This document shows positions 12,102-24,844 of a stretch of DNA of 42,258 nt, piece by piece. Each line of letters starts with the position of its first letter. The first letter of the stretch is position 1. Origin of the DNA: Callorhinchus milii (taxonomy: Eukaryota). The stretch is taken from contig NW_024705466.1 of the NCBI RefSeq assembly GCF_018977255.1, forward strand, positions 1 to 42,258. Direction: 5' to 3'. Under the pieces are notes generated by a model that did not search any database, was not told the origin of the DNA, and worked only from the letters and a program-made list of their open reading frames with translations. The position numbers and the translations under genes are program-made.

Positions 12102-13174
12102 AGAACTCCAACATCGCGGCGGCCAAGGGCAGCGAGGGCTGCTTCCACGGCGACGCGCGCCTCTTGGTGGAGGGCGGCGGCTCCAAGAGGCTGCGCGACC
12201 TGCGGGCCGGCGAGCGCGTCCTGGCGGCGAGCGGGCCCACCTCGCCGCCCGCCTACAGCGACCTCCTCCTCTTCCTCGACCGCGAGCCCCGCCAGCGGCG
12301 CCGCTTCATCGCCCTGGAGACGGAAGGCGGCGGCCGCCTCCTCGTCACCCCCTCGCACCTCGTGTTCGCCGCGCCCGGAGACTCCGACGATGACGGCGGC
12401 GGCGATAGTGGCAGCGGTGTTCCCCCGGAGGAGCGCGCCGTGGCCCTCTTTGCCAGCCGCGTGCGGCCCGGCATGTTCGTCTTTGAGCTGGCGGGTGCTC
12501 TTGCTGATCCTGCTGCTACTGGTCGTGTTGGTGGTGGCGGTGGTGTTGATCTTCCTGGTGGTGCTGGTGGTAGCGTTAGTGGTGGTGCTGGCGGTAGCGT
12601 TAGTGGTGGTGCTGGTGGCGTTAGTGGTGGTGTTGGCGGTAGCGTTAGTGGTGGTGCTGGTGGCGTTAGTGGTGGTGCTGGTGGTAGCGTTAGTGGTGGT
12701 GCTGGTGGTAGCGTTAGTGGTGGTGCTGGTGGCGTTAGTGGTGGTGTTGGTGGTGGTGTTAGTGGTGTTGTTGTTGGCGATGACGGAGCACCGCGGCTGC
12801 GTGCGGTGCGCGTGGCGCGCGTGAGCTGGGTGGAGGCGCTGGGGTCGTACGCGCCGCTCACGCACCACGGCACGGCGATCGTCGACGGGCTGCTGGTGTC
12901 GTGCTACGCGGCCGTCGAGACGCACGGCCTGGCTCACGTCGCCTTCGCGCCGCTCCGCACGGCCCACCAGCTCATGCGGGGCCTCGGGATACATTCGCGC
13001 AGCAGCAGCAGCGGCGGCGACGGCAATAGCAGCGGCAGCGGCAGCAGCAGTAGCAAGAACGCACCGGGAGCGGAGGGAGAAGGAATTCACTGGTACCCGC
13101 GACTCCTCCACACGCTCGCCCGTCTGCTGCTCGGCGAAGACGTGTTCCACATCCTCTCGCCTGGCCGCGCGTGA
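12102..13174 (+). CDS. hh: Hedgehog exon 3 (G|CF autocleavage site, Hint domain, sterol-recognition region); spliced CDS 1728 nt, 575 aa
   Basis: GCAG acceptor ending 12101 gives E-N-S; SEG|CFHG, LLVTPSHLVF, ALFASRVRPG, GSYAPLTHHGTAIVDGLLVSCYA, GIHWYPRLL; TGA at 13172-13174. Exon phases join in frame. Confidence 0.95.
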
Positions 13175-13667
13175 GCAGCTGGGGAGCCAGGAGGAGCCAG
13201 CAGCAGCAGCAGCGGCAGGAGGAGGATGAGGATCCATTGCTCCCGGGGAGGCAAACGTTGCCAGATCCGTGGCTCGGTGGACCAGATCGGTCGACGCGGG
13301 TGGCGGGCAAGTGGGAAGGTTCGCGATGATGGGCACCGTGCCAGGGGCAGCCACGGGGCAGTCGTCGGCCGACCTGGCGGTGCAGCCCGAAGGATGATTT
13401 GGGTTTCCCCCAATTCGCTCGTCGTGTTCGAACACGTGACGGACGCGTCTCGCGGCAGGAGAGGCTCCCTAGGGGGGGGGTCTTCGTCCAAGCTAGAAGG
13501 TTGGCCAAGGGTCCTGTAAGTTATAGGTGAGCTCGACTATAATGTTAACAGTGATTGTACATCACTTGCAAAGCAAGTGTCGCCACATATGTTGTTTGTT
13601 GTTGTTGTTGCTGCTGTTGTTGTTGTTACGTTGAACAATGAGGTAGCGGACGTTATGAAGGGGCCCT

Positions 13668-13680
13668 AAATAAAATAAAA
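13668..13680 (+). terminator. Candidate hh polyadenylation signal
   Basis: Tandem AATAAA in AAATAAAATAAAA, ~500 nt after the stop codon. Confidence 0.4.
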
Positions 13681-14164
13681 ACACGCAAATATTAAAACAC
13701 CGTTTTACTTGCACAGTAAAAAAATTGTAGTTTTTTTCATTTGCTATACAGCCAAATAATACGACAAATCGCTAAACTTAAACACGCAGTCGTTCGTAAA
13801 AGTTGAAGGCGGTATTGCCTACTATAATTGCCCAGAAATGTCTGTCCGTCCCGCGCGTGACGTCACTCCACATGAGACACACCCTACCGCGTGACGTCAC
13901 TCCACACGAGGCCCATCCCGCTCACTAATATTCATGAGCGGGTGGATGTTTACACCAGCGCAGAGGAAGGTCGAGCAGAATTAAATAGTTTATAACGCAG
14001 AGTCGCTTCAAATATGACGTTTCTTTATAGGAAGTGACGTTAAAATATAAATCTACGCAGCACTGTGCTACATCCGTGTGTGACGTCACTGAAAAAGAGC
14101 CCCCCCTTCATTAATATTCATGCACCACGCGTGTTAATTTACACTGACGCTCAAGAAGGTCGCG

Positions 14165-14440
14165 CACTCCACATGCCGCACCCCTCCCCAATAACCATGA
14201 GGGGTGACGTCACTCCACATGCCGCACCCCTCCCTAATAACCATGAGCGGGTGACGTCACTCCACATGCCGCACCCCTCCCTAATAACCATGAGCGGGTG
14301 ACGTCACTACACATGTCGCACCCCTCCCTAATAACCATGAGCGGGTGACGTCACTCCACATGCCGCACCCCTCCCTAATAACCATGAGGGGGTGACGTCA
14401 CTCCACATGGGGCCACCCCCCCCCTCATTAATAATCATGA
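14165..14440. repeat. 47-bp minisatellite, each unit carrying TGACGTCA
   Basis: TGACGTCA at 14205, 14252, 14299, 14346 and 14393 (period 47). Confidence 0.9.
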
Positions 14441-17400
14441 GCTGAACAATTTTCCTATTGAATATTTCAGATGTACTGTAATATACACCCGTCCTTGGAC
14501 GAGCAAAAGAGCTCGTAGTGCTATAGCAATAGAACAAGTGCGGAATCACTGAACCGGAATTGACAGATTGGAAGCATTTAGCGCGGGGCCCTTGAAAGTG
14601 TGGGGCCTGTGTAGTGGGTTCGAATTAGGTGCATACACACGCAGCTTGGAGGCAACACTCTGTATTAAACGGTAAGTAATATAACACTGTACATGAGGTG
14701 GTGACCACCTTCCTCAACTCACTAACACTCTGGAACACGACACAGAGGGGACCAGGCAGGCAACGGGCTGCCTGGTCCAGGACGACGACCCGGGACTTGA
14801 GGAGCGATGATGTCGTCTTCACTTCGGAGTACAACAGCCTCGCTCTGCGTTCACACCACGCTTATATCTGCTCTGGCGTGGCCGGCTCCGCCCAGGTTTG
14901 GCCGGCTCCGCCCAGGCGTGGCTGGCTCTCTCCAGGCCACGCCTCCCTTCCCAGGCCACGCCTCCCTTCCCAGGCCACGCAGCCCAGCGCATGAACATCG
15001 CTGTGATTTTCTGCGCGCGCACAAAATGGCGGCCCAACTTGCGAACATCTCCGCGGTTTCCCGTGTGCGTCAATAAAAAATGGCGGCCCAACGCGCAACC
15101 ATCGCCGCGGTTTCCGCGCGCGTACAAAATGGAGGGCGTATGCTCGAAGGCAATCCCCGCGCACACACATATCTCCGTGGTCGCACTTGCATCCCAGTAC
15201 AGTAGAACCTCTGGTCACGACCATAATTCGTTCCATAACTTTGGTCGCAACCCGATTTGGTCGTGACTCGAACCTAATTTCCCCATTGGATTGTATGCGT
15301 AGGACTCGTACTGACGCGACAGCTTCTTTGTCTTTCTTGGTTCTTTATTAACGCGTATAGTTCACATCTCCGTCGGCATCGCGCAATGTCCCTCCGTTCT
15401 CTTCAACGCACAACTCCCCATCAACATCACTCAATGCTTCTCCGTTCGCTCGCTCCGCTGGCTTCGCTCGCTCTCCCTCTGCTCCTCTCCTCCAGTGACC
15501 TCCCTCTCTGCTCTCTCTCTCTCTCTCCAGCCCGGTCGCTCTTTGTTCTCCCTGCCGTCTCACTCCGTCGTAGCTTCTCCACCAAGGTCTGTTACTCCGC
15601 TGCTATCCTATTGTTGCACCCTCGAAATGAAGGACGTGGGCAGGTGCTTCAAATAGAGGGCAAGCACATTTATTTATTGTGGTTAATATTAATCTTGTGA
15701 AGAACAGCACCGTCACTCTGTAAAATGCAACATCACGTGTGTTACAACCAGCATTGTTCCCGAGTCGCCATTAACAATGTGACTGGTGTATCCGCGCGGT
15801 CATTCAATAACCCTGCCAGCCACCTACAGGCCCGACTCAGACATTACATGCTGCTGTGCACACATGCATTGATGCACTGCACAGCACATCAGGGCTTTCA
15901 CAGAACCACACTTTACTCCCTTTCTGCACAAGGACATAATTAAAAGAGTGATCCATTCCTAATGGGCCACACTCTCCCCCACAGAATGAGTGTCGTCTCG
16001 ACGCTCCACCTTTCTCCTTGCAAACATTTTGCAGTCTTTTTCCTTAAACTGGTCATGAAAGGAGTTTATGAAATCGTGAACACAATTTCTCTAGGGATCA
16101 TTTCCCTTCCAAGATAGCGCCACTCCAGAAGCTCTCTATTTCGGGGTGAGCTCCAACTCTTTGTGCACGAAGAGATAGGAGCCCAAGATTTGTATTATGC
16201 TTTTGGAATTACCAGACAATCTGGTGTTAATGAACCATGCTTCACATTTTACTGACCAGAAATGGTTAGGATTCTTTTCCCAGTACATGTCAAGATAGAA
16301 TCCTTTACAGCTTGTATATCGTAAGCAAAGACGGACTTGTACTGTAGCAGAAACCACAAAATAATAATCAAAAGTCTCGACTCGGTTGGAGTTTTGTTAC
16401 AGGCTTCTCCATAACTAAAACTGTAAACAATCTTTTTCCCTAGAGTGTCCAGTGGGAGGCGTGTTTGGTCGCTTGGGATTAGATGAGCTCAGAGGGACGT
16501 AAAGTGCAGAATAAAAGGGTAGGGGGAAATTATGTTGAGCTGCAAGCCATGATCACTGGTGGAGGATGCAAAGGAAGCGAGGAAGTGGTAATCGTGCTAT
16601 ATTTGCATACATTTATGTGGGAGCCATGAGAACACATGCATGTTGTGGGAGGGGACATTAATATAATTAATTAAATCACACGCCAATATAATAGAGTACT
16701 AAATTCCGGCTCCCGTACAGTCGGTCTATTTTTTTTTATTCTTTGTGACCAGCAGATGGCAGCAAATAACCATTAAGAGTCTACAGTAACAGTCAGCTAT
16801 ACAGCCTAGGAACACAGCCTACGGCTACGCGTATCCTGACACCGGCTACGCTCTCAGCTCCTCCGGCTATGTATTTCCTAGGGGAGGCTATCTGACCCGA
16901 CCTAGCCAGGGTACGGGTCCCAACCACCGGCCCATCGGACCCGGCCCTGATAAGGACGTCGGGAACCGTGAGTACCCAGGGTCTCACCACTGAGCCACAC
17001 AGAGTCCCGGCCCTGACAAGGGCAGCGGGCTAGAGGTCAGAGGGTCCTATCCAGCTTGCTCCATCTTCATTCTTCACTGGCTTCAACGACTCCCCGAGCT
17101 CTCTCGCGCACCGCCCTATATACCCCCCTGCCCCCGAGGGGCGGGGCTATATGCGGACGTCAATGTAGCCACCCTATGCACGGACCGTGTAAAGTTCTTT
17201 ATATACGACCTGTAGTACGAGATGAATCCCAACATCTTCCTGAGCTCTTCCACTGTTGCAGGTTTCCTTACTTAATTTGGAGCTTTTGTGACTGCAGGAA
17301 TGACTCTTTGGTTCTGTCGGTAAAGTGACGTGTAAAAAGAAAATAATAAATTAAATACTAGCATACGACGTTTCGATTGCAACACTTGTAAAAAGTTCCA

Positions 17401-17501
17401 TTCCAGGTGAAGTATGTATTGGTTAAGCAGTGTCTCACCAGGGGGGTACCCCAGCATTCAGTCCTTGATGAACCAAGTCTTCCCTCATCAAGACTCTATA
17501 C

Positions 17502-19802
17502 CAGGGGTCCTCAAACTACGGCCCGCGGGCCACATGCGGCCCGCCGAGGACATTTATCCGGCCCGCCGGGTGTTTTTGCCGCCGCTGCCTGTCTGTTACT
17601 TTTTTTTACATGAGAAGGACGGTCATTGGTGGAAGAGGGAGAGGGGGCGGAGTTCGCCCCAATCGACTGCATTGATGGGCAGTGCAGTCTGTATGTATCT
17701 GTGTGGGCAAAGTTATTGCTGGTATATTGTTTTTGTAGTGCTGTATATATATTGGTATTTTACTAATAGCAATTTTGACTCCCTAGGAAACAATGATGTC
17801 AAGAAAGAGAAAAATTGACTCGGAGTGTAGGATATTCAAAGAACAGTGGACTTATGATTACTTTTTCATGCAGTACAAGGAAAGAGCTGTGTGTCTGATA
17901 TGCCAGAATATAGTGTCTGTGTTCAAAGAATACAATTTACGTCGACACTATGAAACTCAACATAAAGATAAATATGATTGTTTGGTCGGAGAAGTGAGAA
18001 AAGATAAAATATTAAAACTGAAAAATACATTAACAACTCAGCAAAATACTTTTGTGAAGCAGAAGCAGCTAAATATTTCATCACTGCGAGCAAGTTTTCA
18101 AGTTGCCAAGCTAATAGCGTGCACTGGCAGACCATTCGTGGAGGGAGAATTTGTTAAAGAATGCCTTCTTTCTGTTGCCAAAGAGATGTGTCCAGAGAAG
18201 GCCGATTTATTTAGTACAGTGAGTCTTTCAGGACCTACAATTACACGGAGGATTGAAGAAATGGGAGACAATTTGCATCAGCATTTGCAAAACTCCACAA
18301 AAAAACTTTCCTATTTTTCCTTGGCACTCGACGAAAGCAATGATGTTCGTGATTCTGCACAACTTCTAATTTTTATTCGTGGGACGAATGACTATTTCGA
18401 AGTCACAGAAGAGCTTGCTGCACTGCAAAGCATCAAAGGAACAACTACAGGAGAGGATATCTATGAAAAGGTTTGCCAAACTGTGAATGGTTTGGAGCTG
18501 AACTGGGCTAAACTAGCCAGTGTGACAACTGATGGTGCTCCTAGCATGGTGGGGTCTAAGAAAGGAGTAATTGCTCGCATTAACCAAGAGATGGACAAAC
18601 ATAACCATTCTCATCCAATAGCCATACACTGCCTCATCCACCAACAAGCGCTGTGTAGTAAATCACTGAAGTGGGACTCTGTTATGAAAATTGTGGTATC
18701 TTGTGTTAACTTCATTAGAGCTCATGCACTAAACCACAGACAATTTCAGGAATTTCTGTCTGAGCTAAATGTTGACTATGAAGATGTTCTGTACCACACA
18801 GAAGTCCGTTGGCTGAGTCGAGGGAGAGTTTTGAAACGTTTCTATGACTTACTTCCACAGATTACAGCTTTTCTGCTTTAAAAAAACAAAGAAGTACCAG
18901 AGCTCAATGATGCAGAATGGAAATGGCACCTTGCCTTTCTGACAGATGTAACAGAGCTACTCAACAGTTTCAATGTGCAACTTCAAGGAAAGGGGAAGCT
19001 CATCTGTGATATGCAATCACATGTCAAAGCATTTGAAGTAAAATTAGGCCTCCTCATCAAACAAGTGAAGGAGGAAAACTTCTGCCATCTCCCCACAACT
19101 CAAAATCTGTTAGCGGAAAAACCATTGGTTGCATTCCCAAACAAAACATGTGTGGATTCACTGGAAAAATTGCAAAAGGAGTTCCAATTTAGATTTAAAG
19201 AGCTTCATCTCCATGAACAGGACATACAGCTTTTCCGTAACCCATTTTCTATTGACATTGAAAATGTGGATACAATTTACCAAATGGAACTGGCTGAACT
19301 GCAGAATTGTGACTCTCTGAAAGACGCATTCAAGTCAAGCAGCCTTCATAATTTCTATGCATCTCTCCCTCTGAGACATATCCTCATCTCAGGAACCATG
19401 CACTCAAAATGGCAACCATCTTTGGCAGCACTTATGTCTGTGAACAGACTTTTTCCAGAATGAAACATTTGAAATCTCCAACCAGATCTAGACTAACGGA
19501 TGCACACTTGCATCACTTGTTACGACTAGCAGTGACAAATATGGAACCGGACATTGACCATCTCATTAGCCAAAAGCAGGCCCATAGTTCCCATTGAAAT
19601 ACTGGCAAGTTTGTTGATTTAACTTTACTTGTTCTTCATTTTAAATATTGTATTTGTTCCCGTTTTGTTTCTTCACTTCAAAATAAGATATATGCAGTGT
19701 GCATAGGAATTTGTTCATAGTTTTTTTTAACTATAGTCCGGCCCTCCAACGGTCTGAGGGACAGTGAACTGGCCCCCTGTTTAAAAAGTTTGAGGACCCC
19801 TG
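17502..19802 (+). mobile_element. hAT DNA transposon, Charlie/Buster group (OC1/SPIN-like, GTF2IRD2-like transposase)
   Basis: Perfect 16-bp TIRs CAGGGGTCCTCAAACT / AGTTTGAGGACCCCTG; the flanks are not a matching TSD. Confidence 0.92.
17793..19597 (+). pseudogene. hAT transposase (~600 aa) with one nonsense codon and one frameshift
   Basis: Zn-finger CLIC..LRRHYETQH; catalytic motifs SLALDES, TTDGAPSM, HCLIHQ, EVRWLSRG and GSTYVCEQTFSRMK; premature TAA at 18879-18881; -1 frameshift near 19370. Confidence 0.92.
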
Positions 19803-20256
19803 TGTAGTGTATAGTGTAGTGTGTAGTGTATAGTATAGTGTATAGTGTAGTGTGTAGTGTGTAGTGTAGTGTATAGTAGTGTATAGTGTAGTGTATAGCG
19901 TAGTGTGTAGTGTAGTGTATAGTAGTGTATAGTGTAGTGAATAGTGTAGTGTGTAGTGTAGTGTATAGTGTAGTGTATAGTAGTGTAGTGTATAGTGTAG
20001 TGTATAGTGTAGTGTATAGTAGTGTAGTGTGTAGTGTATAGTAGTGTAGTGTATAGTAGTGTAGTGTATAGTGTAGTGTATAGTGTAGTGTATAGTGTAG
20101 TGTATAGTGTAGTGTATAGTAGTGTAGTGTATAGTATAGTGTATAGTGTAGTGTATAGTATATAGTAGTGTATAGTAGTGTAGTGTATAGTAGTGTAGTG
20201 TATAGTAGTGTAGTGTATAGTGTAGTGTATAGTGTAGTGTATAGTGTAGTGTAGTG
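19803..20256. repeat. (TAGTG/TATAG)n microsatellite
   Basis: Direct inspection. Confidence 0.95.
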
Positions 20257-20734
20257 CCTCCATAGAGCCCAGTGTGTTCACTTACCGACCATTCCCCTGT
20301 TAACGACGGGCTGTTGTCGATGGAGTAAATATTAATTAATGCATCGATTAACCCCGTTTCTTTTAACACGATGTGTTTATAATGTTGTTAGTATATTTAT
20401 GTATTAATATGTCCATTGTTTAAATGTTATAAATAACTTCTTTTGTGAAAAAGGGTAACTTTCGATGCCATCGGAACGAATTAAGCCTTTTCGCTTAACC
20501 ACCAGTTTCACGGAACCAATCACCAACGTGAAGAAGAGGGATTCCACTGTAACAATTATAACCCAAGTGCAATCATCGCCCTCGACCCGTGTTGTTGATT
20601 TGTTTATTGAGTTTGTGAGCCAGGCTGGGCCAGGACCCCGCTCCACCACAATTCACCCAGGCTACCAGCGAGCACGAAGACTTAGACAAGTCTCGACCCG
20701 TAGCCAGAACAACAAATGTCAAACATAAATAACC

Positions 20735-20996
20735 ATCTTCTTGGTTCTTTCGGTAAAGTCATCACGTAGAATGGAAATAATAAAATAATAAAAATAAAAC
20801 ATAATTAAATACAATTCTCACGACGTTTCGGTCACAGGGCAAGCAGCTGTCCTCAGGTGAAGAGCAGGTCTGTCAGAAAGACAGCGTCTAAATGAAACAC
20901 CACCAAGCTTGGCAGCGTATATTTAAGCTGCTGGGTTGGAGGGGGAAGAGCGCCTTGACAAAGGAATTTGCATATCAAGAGGAATTTAGCATATTT
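20735..20996 (-). mobile_element. Penelope-like pLTR fragment with decayed hammerhead (20817-20861)
   Basis: Closely similar to 41534-41785. Minus strand reads TTCAC CTGAGGA C AGCTGC TTGCCCT GTGACC GAAAC GTC GTGAG; stem II has two mismatches. Confidence 0.8.
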
Positions 20997-21492
20997 AAGA
21001 TACAATTTTGAAGAATGGCAGTCGAAGAAGCGTCGATGACATTTTTTAAGTTTTGAAATCCCATCGACGATACTCGTGCCATTTTTGATTTGCTCCTGTT
21101 TGTGTAACGTATCGCTGACCAAATTCTTTTCCGGAAGTACATTTTCAGAGCCAACGAAACGCCTGGGAAATCGCGGTGGTGTTGACGGTGGTCACCCATT
21201 AAATTAGCAACCAGGCCCAAAAACCCTGCTTAGCTTCCAGACAGCCAATGAGGTGCGGGCGCATGCCGCAGTGATTTGCTCGCAGGCGTAGAGTCGGCAT
21301 TTCTTCTTCAACGCATTTATTGTTTCTGCTTCCATTGTCCACACTTTGAGTTGTTCCGTGTTACTTTGGTGACCCGGGTGATCACACGCGCAAAATTCTC
21401 GTCTCTGGAGTTGGTAAGACAAAGGCGATTAAGCGCGATTCTAACGCTCGCGAAGCTCCGTGTGTGCGAGGCAGCGGGCCCAGCACACCTAC

Positions 21493-22423
21493 CTGCTGGT
21501 TCATGGCGGCCATGGCCCTGGTGACGCCCTTCATGGCCTGGGCCATCGCGCCGTTGGACTTGAGCGTGTGCATCTTGAAGGACACGGCCTGGATGTTGGC
21601 TCGCATCACCATGAACTTCTTGATGTGGCGACGCGTGCGCACCAGGTCCTTGGCCATGATCTTGACGGCGTCCTGCCACGGGCGAGGGTCAGGGCGGTGG
21701 GCTCAGGGCGATGGGGTCAACAGAGCGATAAGAAACGCGACAAGGGAGATGGACACGGGCGACAGAGACGGAGAGAGGGCGAAAGACACAGGTAGGAATA
21801 ACGAGACACACAGAAACAGCGAGAGAGAGAGATCCACACACGAAGAAAGTAGGACACAGAGACCAAGCCATGGAGAGACAAACACAAAAACAGAAAGATC
21901 CACACACGAAGGGCACAAGACACACGACAGAGAGACAGAGCTGAGACAAAAATAGAGACATAGAGAGATATGGGGAAAGAGGCACGTACAGGAGAGAGAG
22001 AGTGTGTCTGTCACATGGAGATGGGCCACATTCCATTCCCAAACTCAAAGTTGCCGACCCTTACCCGCCTCCCTCCCTCCTCCACCCTGCAACGTGTCCC
22101 ACCCCTCACCTGCACACGTGTCCCACCCATCACCCTGCACACGTGTCCCCCCATCACCACCTTCCCGCTAATCCGACTACACCCACAGCGCTTTCCTCCC
22201 CACTGCCACGTAGCTTAGCGAGGGCCCACCAAACTATATACCCGTGCTCCCTCACCATGTGGCCGGCTTTGGCCATCTTCTTGATCTCAGCGACGATCTT
22301 CTTCTCCTGCATCTGCAGCGTCTGTCTCTCGCGGTCCAGGTCCCTCATGGCGCGCGGCGAGGGCTCGCTGGTTCCGCCGCACCATCTGCTCCGGAGTCTT
22401 TCTCTTCCAAACAGGCAGTCCAT
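21493..22423 (-). pseudogene. CHMP2A: CHMP2A (ESCRT-III) partial copy: coding exons 22256-22423 and 21493-21672; downstream exons not found
   Basis: MDCLFG..RAMRDLDRERQ.L..QEKKI.AEIKKMAK.GHM | DAVKIMAKDLVRTRRHIKKF.VMRANIQAVS.K..TLKSN.AMAQAMKGVT.AM..MNQQ; GT-AG intron; exons of 168 and 180 nt; compensating indels in the first coding exon. Confidence 0.85.
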
Positions 22424-23793
22424 GGCTGGCTGCGACTCTGCAGAAACAACGACGACGACGAGAACACCACCCCAGCACCCCGCGGCAAGTCGACGGGCAG
22501 CTCACACGTGGTGGCGGATTAAGTGTGGGTACGCTACCCCCCACTTCCGACGAAAAATTACATCCGAAATTATTTACCGGCCACGTGTGACCGGTTTCCT
22601 CGGTCACACGTGGCGAGCAGGTTTTCCCTGGCTGTGCCGGAGAGTGGCCCCGATGTTGTCTTTGGGGTTTAAAAAATAAAACAAAAACTAAATGAGCGGG
22701 GATGGGAAAGGGGGCTGGGAAGAGGAGTCTATGGAGTCAGGCCCCCTCATAGCGCTGCTCCCCCCCGCCCCCCATCGCCTCCCCACACACATCCTGCCCC
22801 GTCAGCAAGAGGAGAGCAGTCCACTCTTAGAGACGAGGCCGATCCATCGTCACGTCCAAAGTCGACAGATGAACTCCCATTAAAGCCCACGGGGAAACGT
22901 TCAAGCTGGCGCGCGCGCACGCCGCAGATGGAAGCGACAACTCCAAGAGAGCGTTCACAGACGTGTGTTCATCACGCTGCCCTCGCAGCAGGGGAAAACT
23001 GTGCTCAGGAGGGCCATTGGCAAACAAAACAAAAACATCTGCCGCGTTGTGGACCGTTCCCCCGTCCGTGTCGCGCGCGTCTGTGCACTGCGGCGACCAC
23101 CACAACATCGCAAGCTGCGTGAACTTGACGACGCATTCCCCCCCTCCCTCGTCACTGAAAGAAGAAAACCGAATGCGCAATGGGAGAGCGCCAGAACGAG
23201 CACGCAGGGCAAACCGCGTGGCAGGCAAGAGAGATTCACACACGCAAGCACACACACGCACACGCAGCGACATCGTCAAGCCCTCTCTCGTTCACGTGAG
23301 CTGGGAGTCGCCACTCGGTCGAACCACACTTTTGTAAACGTTCAATACGCAAAGCGAGTAGAGCAACACAAATAGACAATTGTTGTTGTTGTTGCTGTTG
23401 TTGTTGCTGTTGTTGTTGTTGTCGCTGCCCGCATTGACACGTCTCTACGCCGCATGGAGCCCACAACTCAATGTCGCTGTCCAAGAACACGCCGCTCGTC
23501 AACAACCGTCAAGGGTTCATCAGCTGTGATTACCCTCCAGGGCCCGGTGCGCTAACCACTGCGCCACCGCTCGCCCACACTTCCCAAGTCGACACTAATT
23601 GGCGGTGACGTCACAAAGGCCCTCGTGCCACCCCCCCCCAACAGTTACCATGGAGATACAGCACGAGCGTGTCGACCACGCACACAGCAGCAGCAACAAC
23701 GACGACGTCGCCACGGTGCCTGTGTGCCAGGCTAGGTGCACTTGCGACGCCAAATAAACGTGGACCCCCCCACCCACCTGGTGGGGGTCTTAC

Positions 23794-23970
23794 GTCGGGG
23801 TCCTTCCGGGGGGGCGAGGGGCGCGTCAAAGGCCTCCACCACCACCTCCACCACCTTCACCACCACCACCACCAGAGCCTCTTCCTCTGCTGCTGCTGCT
23901 TCCGGGTTCACGTCGCGAGGGGCGGGGCGTGACGTCACCCAGCCGCGTCACGAGGCGCGGCCGCGTGACG
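23794..23970 (-). promoter_or_regulatory. Candidate CpG-rich promoter and non-coding first exon of the CHMP2A copy
   Basis: GC box GGGGCGGGGC, CRE TGACGTCA (23930) and ETS CCGGAAG (minus, ~23900); donor GAC|GTAAGA at 23793; acceptor TTTCTGCAG ending 22438, just before the ATG. Confidence 0.5.
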
Positions 23971-24470
23971 GGGGGTGGGGAGGAGGGGGTGAAAACTATC
24001 GAATCCCAAAAAATATGAAACCAAAACATTTTCATTGTCTTGAAGCTTCCTCATTAAATGGCCACAATTTTGACAGGTTTGGTTATCAAGGACAGGGCTG
24101 CGTGCACAGACACGCGGCGTGGCGATGTCACGCGACGCGCAGAGGATGATGGCAAGGCCGATAAAATGGTAACATTTGTGCCTCTTGCAGTCTCGAAGTC
24201 CTCTTCAGCCGGTTGTCTACTCTCACCGGCCCTCCAGCTGACGCATTCTTTGCTACGAGTATTTCCGTTACAGTAGATGTGAAAAAAACTACATGTGGAA
24301 GTAACCAGACTACTGAGCAATGCATGACTGGTTTCCGATGTTCTTTGCTGATCGATTGACTTGTAACCTCTTTAGACTTATTTATTTGGAGCTTTCGTAT
24401 GCAGGAATTATTCTTTGGTTCTTTCGGTAAAGTCACGTATAAAGATAAAATAATAATTAATTAAATACTA

Positions 24471-24516
24471 GCATACGACGTTTCGATTGCAACACAAGCA
24501 ATCATCATCAGGTATA
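24471..24516 (-). ncRNA. Minimal type-I hammerhead ribozyme (inverted copy)
   Basis: Minus strand: TATAC CTGATGA T GATTGC TTGTGTT GCAATC GAAAC GTC GTATG. Confidence 0.85.
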
Positions 24517-24797
24517 ATTAAATAGAAACACAAATCTAGTATACTTAGAAATGTAATGTAATACAACAGAGAGTCGGATAACATAACAGTCAACACCCAA
24601 CCTGGTTGATTACGTTCTCCTGAGAATGCTACATTTGAGAGAGATATGTTTCTGGTTCTGTGTTTAATCTCTCTCTCAAATTGGCATTCTCAGGAAGAAC
24701 GTAATCAACCAGATAGGGTGTTGACTGTTATGTTATCCGACTCTCTGTTGTATTACATTACATTTCTAAGTATAATAGATTTGTGTTTCTATTTAAT

Positions 24798-24844
24798 GTA
24801 TACCTGATGATGATTGCTTGTGTTGCAATCGAAACGTCGTATGC
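24798..24844 (+). ncRNA. Minimal type-I hammerhead ribozyme (PLE type)
   Basis: Stem I GTATAC/GTATGC; core CTGATGA (+T); stem II GATTGC-ttgtgtt-GCAATC; GAAAC-GTC with predicted cleavage after C24838. Confidence 0.85.

Noticed and set aside
14700..14850. Possible distal CHMP2A exon (SEAVV on minus)
   Set aside because: Similarity does not extend to SQVLDELG.
15960..16360. Coding-looking minus-strand segment
   Set aside because: Multiple stops and no family recognised.
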